Origin: Octopus bimaculoides
Taxonomy: Eukaryota
Length of the DNA: 64,000 bases
NCBI RefSeq assembly: GCF_001194135.2
Contig: NC_068983.1
Location: forward strand, 33,744,843 to 33,808,842
Direction: 5' to 3'
Shown in pieces: positions 52,440-64,000 of this stretch; the first letter of the stretch is position 1, and every line of letters begins with the position of its first letter. The position numbers and the translations under genes were made by a program. A model generated the notes under the pieces. It made no database searches. It saw only the letters and a list, made by a program, of their open reading frames with translations, and was not told the DNA's origin.

Positions 52440-52790
52440 GATACAAAGAAAACACGGGCATGTCATTCGGAGTTTTCTCTCTAAAGTCGAGATCCGGATT
52501 ATCTTTGCAATTTCGACTGGTTATTCTCGATATTGCTCCAATCTGGTCAGGCCCAAGGAAAAACTAAGCTAAGAACATTAGTTCCTTGGAAGAAAGCAGC
52601 GAATGTATACAAAAACAAGGACGGGAAAAAACAAACAATGTTACACAAATACAGTAGGAATAATAACTGGACATAACAACAGATGTCTTTCGACTAAGGA
52701 CGAATAAAATTAAGATGGCGTATATGGAAATAAGGCCTTAAAGCCGGGATACAAGATTTCACAGGCACAGGGAGAAATAACGATGTTTGA
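52440..52790 (-). repeat. Second copy of the 14030-14400 dispersed repeat
   Basis: Reverse-complement identity over several blocks. Confidence 0.85.
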
Positions 52791-53876
52791 AATATATATA
52801 TATATATATAAGTAAATTTCAAACTGACACAGATTTGCATTGCTTAAAATAATATTACTGATGCAAAGAAAATGGTCTATCTGAAACAAATCATTAATAT
52901 ATTTCATTTGTACGGACATACATCAATTTACCTGTCCTTTCGTTTGCGTATACTTGCATAACATAACATAACATAACAGATATACAATTTATAAAACGAT
53001 AATATAATACAATAAAGAATTTTAAATGAACGATTAATGGGAACCATTGTAATATTCTTAGAAATTTTCCCATACTGACCAGAAATATAATTTATAAACA
53101 CAATAAATTACAATAAAAGATATTTTCTTTTCTATATTTTCCTTTTAATTTCATTCGAGAAATATTTTAAATAAATTTGTATTTTTAAAAATATAATCTT
53201 TACAGTGTTCGATAAATTAAAAATAATGAGATTTCTGCTTCAGTTTATTTTACAAACATTTTCTAAATGAAAGAGAACACGAAATAAGAATAAACAGAGA
53301 ACATAATTGAAGAGGTAAAAAATATTATATAAAAAATAAGTATATATATGTTTATANNNNNNNNNNNNNNNNNNNNNNNNNNNNNNNNNNNNNNNNNNNN
53401 NNNNNNNNNNNNNNNNNNNNNNNNNNNNNNNNNNNNNNNNNNNNNNNNNNNNNNNNNNNNNNNNNNNNNNNNNNNNNNNNNNNNNNNNNNNNNNNNNNNN
53501 NNNNNNNNNNNNNNNNNNNNNNNNNNNNNNNNNNNNNNNNNNNNNNNNNNNNNNNNNNNNNNNNNNNNNNNNNNNNNNNNNNNNNNNNNNNNNNNNNNNN
53601 NNNNNNNNNNNNNNNNNNNNNNNNNNNNNNNNNNNNNNNNNNNNNNNNNNNNNNNNNNNNNNNNNNNNNNNNNNNNNNNNNNNNNNNNNNNNNNNNNNNN
53701 NNNNNNNNNNNNNNNNNNNNNNNNNNNNNNNNNNNNNNNNNNNNNNNNNNNNNNNNNNNNNNNNNNNNNNNNNNNNNNNNNNNNNNNNNNNNNNNNNNNN
53801 NNNNNNNNNNNNNNNNNNNNNNNNNNNNNNNNNNNNNNNNNNNNNNNNNNNNNNNNNNNNNNNNNNNNNNNNNNNN

Positions 53877-53907
<31 letters not shown>

Positions 53908-54927
53908 ATATATTTCTATTTGTGTGTTTAAGAATGTGTGTATTTGTATTTTTCGAGCTAATTTGACCAAAGTCAGAAACTGAAGACAACCACTATCGTT
54001 TCAATTGTATTATGTAAGATAAACTTAAATTCTTTTGTTTAGTATTACATACATTTAGCAACAACACAATCATCGATATACACACACTTACACAGTTACA
54101 CACAGACATATATGAGAGTTTCTATTATTTCCCCTCTCGTACTCCACTCCCAAGACAGTGATCGACAAGAACCTATAGACGCAGCCACTTGCCAAAATTG
54201 CTGCGCAGTCATAGTGATCTTGATAGTACGTGATTTTGAAACTATGTACTTAATCACTCAGTGTAGCCTGCGCCTTTACACAGAAACACGCGCACATATA
54301 CGCACACATTCACACATTTGTATTTAAAGATAACTTTAATGTAAGCGTAGTAATTTTTTTTTTTGAATGCGGACGTTATCTGGAATATACCTCAACGTGT
54401 CGGTTACATTGGAGACAAATGTTCATCATAACACAAATTGACAATCGATAGACACAATAATTGGCGTCGTGTAGTGTTTCTACCACCTCATTTTCAATAC
54501 TATTATATAAATTCAAAATGATAGGCTATAAAGTTCACTAAATAGAGAGAAACAGCTTGTGTTTCAATTAAAGACATCTTATTTAAATAGAAATCGGTCC
54601 TGTTGATCTTTCTTTCTCTCACGAAGTGATAAAAGCTCTGGCGTAGTTATCTTATTTATATTTCACGACGGCGAACCTATATAGTTAAAGGTATATATAT
54701 TTATAAATCATGATTTTATTACAAAAGTATAACTCACTTCTCTATACAAAATTAAGGATTTTCACATGCCCCAACCACTTTCTATATCCCTCTCTTTTCC
54801 ATATTGCTCTCTTAGACACTCATTCTCTCCGTGACTTTCGACATTTGTAAATGTCATCCTGTGGTATTTAATCGATAAGCGTTATATTTATATGAACATG
54901 GACACAGTAAAGAGTCTCTCTTTAAAA

Positions 54928-54977
54928 GAGAGGCCAATGCATTTTATCTTCTCTTGAGAGGCCAATGCATTTTATCT
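54928..54977. repeat. 28-bp-period tandem duplication
   Basis: gagaggccaatgcattttatct occurs at 54928 and 54956. Confidence 0.9.
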
Positions 54978-55584
54978 CTCTTTTCTCATGAAAACTAAAT
55001 ATTTCGTTATAATCCAACAACATGTTAGACAGGGAGACGATAATTGATGCAGTACCTACTGTGTCTTATAATTAAACTGCACATATATAATTTGATTTCA
55101 AATGTGCGGAATAGGCTTTGGAAATATTTTTGACTGGAATATTTTTCTTGAAGTTAAAGGGGTGATGCTAATTATATTTTATAGTATCAGACACTGATTT
55201 CAAAAATGCACTTTACTTTGCACAGTTGAACAGTTGGCAGAGAAATCGCAAAGGTTGTAAAGAGTTAATAAACTAACTTTAAAATATCACTTCTTTATTC
55301 AAGCCATGTAATCATTTACTAATCAGACATTGTGTGGGGGATTTGCAAACAGTTACCACAAATCGCATGGTAATGGAATAGTTTCAGGTCCTCGTTGTAG
55401 CAGTGATGGAGGATGGAATCCTCTTTTTGTTTGACAGCCATTTTACTTAAAATGATTTAATGCCAAAGCCAAACTTCTTGAGATGATGAAGTGCTTGTGA
55501 GTATATAAATTGCAGATTGTAATTAGAAACAAAATTAATTATCAACTTTATATACCGAATGCACACATGCTTAGATGCATACAC

Positions 55585-55648
<64 letters not shown>

Positions 55649-55834
55649 NNNNNNNNNNNNNNNNNNNNNNNNNNNNNNNNNNNNNNNNNNNNNNNNNNNN
55701 NNNNNNNNNNNNNNNNNNNNNNNNNNNNNNNNNNNNNNNNNNNNNNNNNNNNNNNNNNNNNNNNNNNNNNNNNNNNNNNNNNNNNNNNNNNNNNNNNNNN
55801 NNNNNNNNNNNNNNNNNNNNNNNNNNNNNNNNNN

Positions 55835-55911
<77 letters not shown>

Positions 55912-56069
55912 ATACACACATGCACACACATATAGCTGTGCACACACACGCATGCCAGCGCGTCCCCACCATCCGCATGTATATATACGAGTGTTTTCAT
56001 CTATGGTTCAATGCGTACTTTTGTACATGTATATGTAATTATTCCAGCATATAATAAATGTGGTCTTAC

Positions 56070-56108
56070 CTGTGCTGCAACGAAAGACGCTTAAATTAAG
56101 CAGCTTAC
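56070..56108 (-). other. Candidate recursive splice site / 39-nt RS-exon
   Basis: tattttctgtattgcctacttttctcgtttcag|GTAAGC...GCACAG|gtaaga. Confidence 0.35.
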
Positions 56109-56215
56109 CTGAAACGAGAAAAGTAGGCAATACAGAAAATAGCTTTAGTTATTTTTTAAGGCAATAACAAAAATTTGTAACGTTGCCCATCATCACCATC
56201 AACATTTTGTTGTTG

Positions 56216-56277
<62 letters not shown>

Positions 56278-56350
56278 ACTATTTTAATTGTTGTTGTTAT
56301 TATTATTGTTGTTGTTGTTGTTATTATCATTATTGCTATTATTATTATTA

Positions 56351-56428
<78 letters not shown>

Positions 56429-57823
56429 CTATTATTCTTATCAGTATTCTTATCATTATGAACATTGTGAAAATGTATACTATTGTTGCTGTAAGCGGTA
56501 CAAATGCCAAGCATTGTATATTGTTTTACTTTTAATTCTCATGATGTTGAAATGCTGTACCATGGATGGAAATATGTGGGATGAAATATTCATGAATAAT
56601 GAACAATGGAATATAAGCCTAATTCGATACCACTAAAAAAAAGACTATCTCTATGAAAGAATGCAACAAGAGAAATAATTAGGCTTATTGAAAGTTCTGA
56701 TTTCAATATTAAGGCATGATGCGAATTCAAATATTAGATGTTGCATCGTACACAAAGGTAGCTTCTAAGTAACTTAGGGTGATTTTTATTCAAAGAAAAT
56801 GGTTTTTGTCGTGAATTGACTCTATGTCTCTGCATCAGAATATTTNNNNNNNNNNNNNNNNNNNNNNNNNNNNNNNNNNNNNNNNNNNNNNNNNNNNNNN
56901 NNNNNNNNNNNNNNNNNNNNNNNNNNNNNNNNNNNNNNNNNNNNNNNNNNNNNNNNNNNNNNNNNNNNNNNNNNNNNNNNNNNNNNNNNNNNNNNNNNNN
57001 NNNNNNNNNNNNNNNNNNNNNNNNNNNNNNNNNNNNNNNNNNNNNNNNNNNNNNNNNNNNNCGAAGTACACGTAAAGCTATATTTACGTGCCATTATCTA
57101 TAGCGTTGTACTTTTCGAAAACAAATTACCCAAAAGATTCACATTCACACATACATACATACGTTCATACATACATACATACATACATACATACATACAT
57201 ACATACATACATACATACATACATACGTACATATTATGGCATCAAAATAAGTAGTGATGTAGTGCCATTATCAGCTGCACAAATAAATAAATAGAATTTT
57301 AACTAGTCGGACACATTAATATAATTTTTCTCAAATATTTTAACTGAGCAAGAAAATGGAAGAAATTCAAGTTGTCACTATTGAAGCGAACAATGGACTA
57401 CACTCCCAACAATCGCATTAAGCTCATTGAGGTCATAGCTTGTAAAGGATTGTGATTCATTACTAATTCATTTCACTCTTTATTAACTACTAAATCTAAG
57501 TAGAGTAACTGTCTATAAAAGGAGGCTGAGTAAGAAGAGACTCTAAATCACGCTGATAATTACCAGTTAAAGGGGCAAAACACTAAGAAATCAAGTATGT
57601 TAACATAAATGAAATTTTATCTTGGGACACAATGGGTGACGGTTTATAAACAATATTTCTATGTATATGTATTATTCTTCATCAAGAATGTTATTGACAC
57701 TAACTTCAAAGTTTCCACTAGTTATGCTATCGTTGAACTATCGAACATAAAACGAAACATATATATGCATACACATGCATACACACACATACAAACACGC
57801 ACGCACACACACACATACACACA

Positions 57824-57895
<72 letters not shown>

Positions 57896-59539
57896 CGATA
57901 GATAAATCGATAGGTAGATATAAAAGAAAAAGCACAAATTGCACCGATGGTAAATATTCTGATTACTTTCAATTACTATTTCATTAGAAATGAATTAATT
58001 CCATAATTATGTAATAAAGATGCATAATTAATATAAATTAACTTGAATTAAATTTTAAAGCTGTTTATCTCAACTCATCAGAAATATTATATGTGATACT
58101 AATCACAGAGCGTTGCTGGTAATTAATTGGCCTATCATTAGCATCTTCTTTAATATTCCTGATAATTTGGTACAACCATTGCTTGAAATTTATTAAATTA
58201 AAATTAATTTAGATTAATTAATCATATATCTTAATTACATAATTTTGGAATTAATGATGTTTATTCATATTGAAACGGCTGTTGAATGAAATTTGATTAT
58301 AAAATATCAGTGAAATTTCTGCTTTCCTTATTTCGTTATACACATACGTCGCTCGGAAGGATCATTTTAGCTGATTATGTATACACTTGCAACATTTTTT
58401 CTCAAGGTTTACTTCAATGTTACAACGTGTTGAATTTTAACGACCTATTAGTGATTGAGTTATAAATTACACGGGATAGATTGGCGTCACTATAGGTCGT
58501 ATTTCACTGAACGTATTTAGACGATCCGCAGTAGCTCATCTGTATGCCGATCTATCTACTAATGAAATGTATAAAGTGAAAGACTGTAATATAAACAGGC
58601 TCTTCAGTAAGCCCGATGTGTAGTCTTCTATAGCCACAAAAGAATACTAGAGTATTCTAAATTGCTAATATTTTATTCTAGACACAATGATAAAATAGTG
58701 AAATGTCTTGATATTATGTATGTACCTCATCCAACATAGTCTAGATAAAACATCAACTGACTCTCTCAATTATTGTACATGCCAATGTGGGAGAAAGAAA
58801 CACCGTATATCTTAATTTAATTCTCACCGAAACGCCACGAACAGCCATCAAATAAAATAGATTATGCATTATGCGTAATAGAACAAATCGCATTATTAAT
58901 AGACTACAATATATGAAATGAACTGCATGAAAAGCAAAGCAATAAAGACCTGCAAGTATCTCAATGAATATTAATTTAATAACGTAAATTAATATTAAAA
59001 AGAAAAAAGTTAGAAACACCATGATTATGATGTTACATTGAACACAGATAAAAGATATACCGCTCTTTTCTATAATTTCACCATTTACCTATGACGATAT
59101 TTAATCTCAATTTTTATCTTACTATATATTACAAAACCAGGTAGGAAATTTCTGTATATCCTACGTTGAAATTTCTTTTCAAAGACATTACACGTTTCGT
59201 TGTTGAGGATTCCCGAAACACACCTCTCCAAAAAGTAAACTGTTTGGCACCAAATGTTATAAACCAGTTTCTTGGTGGAATTCCGACGCAAACTAGTTTG
59301 TTACATAAATTTAAAATTGTTACATAAATTAAAAAAATTATGTAACAATAAATACTTAAAGAGATTTACTGCATATGAATTTGTATGGAAATCTGAAACG
59401 ATAGAATTTTAATATTTGAGAAGAGCCATAACAGATGATAAATCATAAAAGATACACGTAAAATTATGAACTACAACAGCTAGACCAACTTCTGTTTGGA
59501 ATTATAATCGAATTAGCATAATAATAATAACAATAGTGA

Positions 59540-59721
59540 TTTCTAATTTTGGCTGAAGGCCAGAAAACTCAGGAAAAGAAGTAGGTGGATTACATCAGCC
59601 CCAGTGATCAACTGGTACTTATTTTATCAAATCTGGAAGGGTGAAAAACAAATTCGGCGTCGTCGGAATTTGAACTCAAAACATAAAGACGGACAAAACG
59701 TCGCTAAGTTTTTTTGCCCGG
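59540..59721 (-). mobile_element. SINE family A
   Basis: ggaatttgaactca (B box, reverse), ctggtacttattttatc, and the ttctaattttggc..aaggcca tail. Confidence 0.8.
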
Positions 59722-59989
59722 TGATAAAATGTCGATAAAAGCAAACAACTTCAGAAAATATGTATATAGGGAGACTGTTTCAGGAAAATGTAGAGTCTAT
59801 GGAATTTGGAACGAGACAGTGGCACACTTCGTTGCAGAATCTCCAAGGTTGGCCAAGGGAGAATGTAAGAGATAAAGGTATTACAAAGTTAAAGTATTGT
59901 TCTCTTCCCTCAGACCCTTAAACTAAGGGGCATATACGTGATGCGTCAGTTGAAGTGAGAACTGTACCAGGAATCCGCTTGTCGTCTTT

Positions 59990-60120
59990 TCCTGGTGTGA
60001 AAATTGTAGCAATGGGAAATAAAGTTCCTTGCACAAGAACACAAATTACTACTCTTTCCAGAAGTGGAACCCATTATTCTAAGTCAAACACTCTCACTGC
60101 TAGATTCAGCGCACTCATTC
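59990..60120 (-). mobile_element. SINE family B, degenerate 5' part
   Basis: gcaatgggaaataaagttccttgcacaagaacacaa resembles the family B body. Confidence 0.45.
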
Positions 60121-60630
60121 ATGAATATATGCGTGTTTAGGAGTGTGTATGTGTTTGTGCATGCATGCAAGTATGTATGTATGTGCCTATGTATGTATGC
60201 ATGTATGTATGTAAGTATGTATGTATGTATGTATGTATGTATGCATATGTGTATTTATACCAGTCTGCCTTGTCAGGGAAGTGATTGTAATCCACAAAAT
60301 GTGAAAAAGTGCAATGTGACCAGCGTTGTAATCAGTAAATTTAAACTACAAACTGAAGGTACCCAGAAGTGAGGGAAAAAGAAGCGGGAGAGACAAACAC
60401 AAAACAATTCACATTCTGAAGAACGTATTTCATGTATATCTGTATATGTACATTTATGAATATGTAACACATGCAATAGTTCTCAAAACAATGTAATACA
60501 ATCTCAAGACTCAAAACAAGAATCTATATTCTATTCAATTAGATTGTATAATACACACAAGCGTTCAGACACCCACATCCATGCACACATATAGGCCTGT
60601 AAACAACCCCCCCCCACACACACACTCATA

Positions 60631-60668
<38 letters not shown>

Positions 60669-61394
60669 CATATATATATATGTATATAAATAAATATATA
60701 CATATTTGTATATGTATTAGTATATATACATACATGTTTATATATATATACATATATATACATATTTATATATGTATTAGGATATATACATGCATGTTTA
60801 TATGTGAATATATATATATATATATGTGTGTGTGTGTATGTATGTATGTATGTATGTATGTATGTATGTGTATCCGTGTGTGTGAGTATATGAAAGTATA
60901 TATACAAACGTATATTTATATATATAAATGCGTGTTGATACACATGTATGCATATATGCATAGATTCATGCACATACACTTATTAGAATTTCCGTCAACT
61001 CCAACAATAACCAGACATCCAGCAATTGTATTGAGTTAATAAATTTAATTGGTTCCTTTTTCTTTTTTTTTTTTTTGCAGTATTTGTTCGGGTCTGTCTT
61101 CAGTTGCTTTTGTTCGGATATTGATTGATTATTATTTTTTATTTTATTGTATTTATTTCATTTCCTTCTGTCTTTCTTGTCGCTATTTTTCTTATAACTC
61201 CTTTATCACAATCTTGATAAGAACGCAGGTGTCAAATTTATAACAAATTCAACAAAAGTGATATTTTAATTTGGAAGATGAAATCATCGATTTTTTAAAC
61301 TGATTGATATGACCATTCTGTGTGTGTGTGTTTTTTAATGGTATTGGCTATTTGTGTATATTTGTTTTGTGTGCATTTTCGATTTTATACATAC

Positions 61395-61496
<102 letters not shown>

Positions 61497-61993
61497 ATAT
61501 ATGTATATATATATATATGTATACATGCATGTGTGTAAATAAGTCTTCTGTTATAATTATATGTATATGAATACATCTTTTGTTTAACTTTGTTTAAATG
61601 TTCTTTGCTTATACACAATTTTTTGCCGGGGGATTTCTTCTATATGATGATTTTTGCTACATATAACAATATCAAAACCGAGCAGAATACTTTATCGTAA
61701 TTTTTCAACTAATTATGTAATTTCTTCCCCATTTTTTCGTGATTTGTATGATTCTTCATTCCTACTTTGAACAACCACAATCATCAACATATCAGTTGAA
61801 AAGGCGCATTTGGATGAACGCATACTTGTTGATAATGTGATGTATGGCATGCATACACGTGTGTGGATAAATATATATATATACGGTTCCAAATACATAA
61901 ATAACTTTTATATATATTATACATACATGGACACATACAGACATATATAAATTGCTATAATACACACACATACATACATACATACACACAGAC

Positions 61994-62030
<37 letters not shown>

Positions 62031-62721
62031 AATATATANNNNNNNNNNNNNNNNNNNNNNNNNNNNNNNNNNNNNNNNNNNNNNNNNNNNNNNNNNNNNN
62101 NNNNNNNNNNNNNNNNNNNNNNNNNNNNNNNNNNNNNNNNNNNNNNNNNNNNNNNNNNNNNNNNNNNNNNNNNNNNNNNNNNNNNNNNNNNNNNNNNNNN
62201 NNNNNNNNNNNNNNNNNNNNNNNNNNNNNNNNNNNNNNNNNNNNNNNNNNNNNNNNNNNNNNNNNNNNNNNNNNNNNNNNNNNNNNNNNNNNNNNNNNNN
62301 NNNNNNNNNNNNNNNNNNNNNNNNNNNNNNNNNNNNNNNNNNNNNNNNNNNNNNNNNNNNNNNNNNNNNNNNNNNNNNNNNNNNNNNNNNNNNNNNNNNN
62401 NNNNNNNNNNNNNNNNNNNNNNNNNNNNNNNNNNNNNNNNNNNNNNNNNNNNNNNNNNNNNNNNNNNNNNNNNNNNNNNNNNNNNNNNNNNNNNNNNNNN
62501 NNNNNNNNNNNNNNNNNNNNNNNNNNNNNNNNNNNNNNNNNNNNNNNNNNNNNNNNNNNNNNNNNNNNNNNNNNNNNNNNNNNNNNNNNNNNNNNNNNNN
62601 NNNNNNNNNNNNNNNNNNNNNNNNNNNNNNNNNNNNNNNNNNNNNNNNNNNNNNNNNNNNNNNNNNNNNNNNNNNNNNNNNNNNNNNNNNNNNNNNNNNN
62701 NNNNNNNNNNNNNNNNNNNNN

Positions 62722-63540
62722 GGTGTAGGCTAGGCTATGGGTGGGGGTGGAGGTGGGGTACGTGGGTAGGCAGGGAGTGGGGGTAGAGGTGGCGTATGTG
62801 GGACAGGGTGTAAGGGATGGCATGAGATGGCATGGTTAGGATAGGAAAGGTGCTTTAGGAATGTTTAGGGGTGGTGTGGGCTCTGAGAGAGGGTTGACGA
62901 TGAAGGGGTGAAGAGTAGTAGGAGTAGGAGTGAAAAGGGGTGAAGAGAAGTAGGAGTGAAAAGTAGTAGGAGTAGGAGCAAGAGAGGAGAGGTGGGTGGG
63001 AGGAAGTAGGAGGGAAGAGGAGAGAAACAAGAGGAGGAAGTGAGAGGGAGGGGGAGAGAGGCAAGAGAAGAAGGTTAGATGAAGAGGAGAGGAGAGTTGA
63101 GCACATGTGGCGCAAAGGTGCGAAAAGAGAAGATTAATCCCTGTTCACGGTGCAAACGGGAGTCTGGATGGTCCCTGTGCAAGGATCAATCCGAACATGG
63201 ACAGGTGTTGCAAAGAGTGATCGGTAGAGCGGAAATAGTGTGAGACCGGGGACTCATTGCCGAGGCAGATGTCTCGGAGGCGTTCCGCGAACCGGTCAGC
63301 CAAGCGCGTCTCGTTTGTCCGATGTACAGAGAATGGCAGAGAGAGCAGATGATGCAATAGATGATATTGGCAGAAGTGCAGGTGAAGGAGTCGGTGATGC
63401 GATAGTGTCTATGATGGGAGCCGGTGAGGAGGGTGGTGTTGGAGAGGTAAGGGCAAATGCGGCAGTGTGGGCGCGGTCAGGGGAACGAGCCAGTTTGGGA
63501 GGTTGGTTTGGAGAAGAAACTGTGAACCAAGAGGTCTCGT
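62722..63540 (-). mobile_element. Neptune-like PLE 3' fragment: linker, GIY-YIG and pyrimidine-rich tail
   Basis: Frameshifted RDLLVHS..GSFP..RPHCRICPYL..DSFTCTSANIIYCIICSLC..LYIGQT..RLADRFAERLRDI..PVSHYFRSTDHS..LIFSFRTFAPHVLN (coding about 63085-63540). Confidence 0.92.
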
Positions 63541-63541
63541 A

Positions 63542-63881
63542 GGCACAGGCATGGCTGTGTGGTAAGAAGCTTGCATCTGAATCACAAGGTTCTAGTTTCA
63601 GTCCCACTGCGTGGCAACTTAGGTAATTGTCTGCTAACTGTGTGTGTGTATCTGTGTGCGTATATGTGTGTGTATCTTTGTGTGTGTATCTTTGTGAGTG
63701 TGTCTGTATTTGTTCCACCTCCATTGCTTGACAACCGACGTTAGTGTGTTTATGAGCCCATAACATAGCGGTTCGGTATAAAGTATCGATTGCATAAGTA
63801 CCAGACTTACAAAGAATAAGTTCCTGGGGTGGATTTCTTCGACTAACACCCTTGAAACCCTTGAAACAAACGAATAAAAGA

Positions 63882-63884
<3 letters not shown>
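63542..63884 (+). mobile_element. tRNA-headed SINE family C with internal (TG)n
   Basis: ggcacaggcaTGGCTGTGTGGtaag..gtttcagtccc (A/B-box-like), then gcttgacaaccg..agcggttcgg..ataagtac..caaagaataag..cttcgactaa. Resembles recalled octopus tRNA-derived SINEs. Confidence 0.88.
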
Positions 63885-63978
<94 letters not shown>

Positions 63979-64000
63979 AATATATGTATATATAAACATA

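Noticed and set aside
57062-57118. Nested hairpin cacgtaaa-gctata-tttacgtg next to a gap
   Set aside because: Short, truncated by the gap and with no second copy seen in the window.

Overview
This is AT-rich, repeat-saturated eukaryotic genomic DNA from a draft assembly. It has 17 N-gaps, most abutting (TA)n or other microsatellites. The SINE families and repeat landscape resemble an octopus/coleoid cephalopod genome (inference from recalled families, not a database search). I found no rRNA, intact tRNA, CRISPR array or prokaryotic genes, and almost all ORFs in the supplied track are artefacts of microsatellites or N-runs. Recognisable content: (i) at least five decayed Penelope-like (PLE) retroelements of two linker types, encoding RT and/or GIY-YIG; (ii) restriction-like-endonuclease LINEs, including a tandem stack of four R4/Dong-like 3' ends in (TAA)n; (iii) a CR1-type RT relic; (iv) Tc1/mariner fragments and several MITE/foldback elements; (v) three tRNA-headed SINE families; (vi) a 17-bp minisatellite. 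The most interesting signal is a set of short (TA)n-embedded, PLE-terminus-like units that each fold into a minimal type I hammerhead ribozyme. Each has a different non-canonical core: G3-C8 (2175-2225), U3-A8 (51229-51267, with a decayed homologue at 45173-45211) and A6U (9389-9425). Second is a candidate unannotated minus-strand gene with six phase-compatible exons (24960-28309). Third is a candidate recursive splice site with a 39-nt exon at 56070-56108. All alignments and folds were done by eye and are untested.
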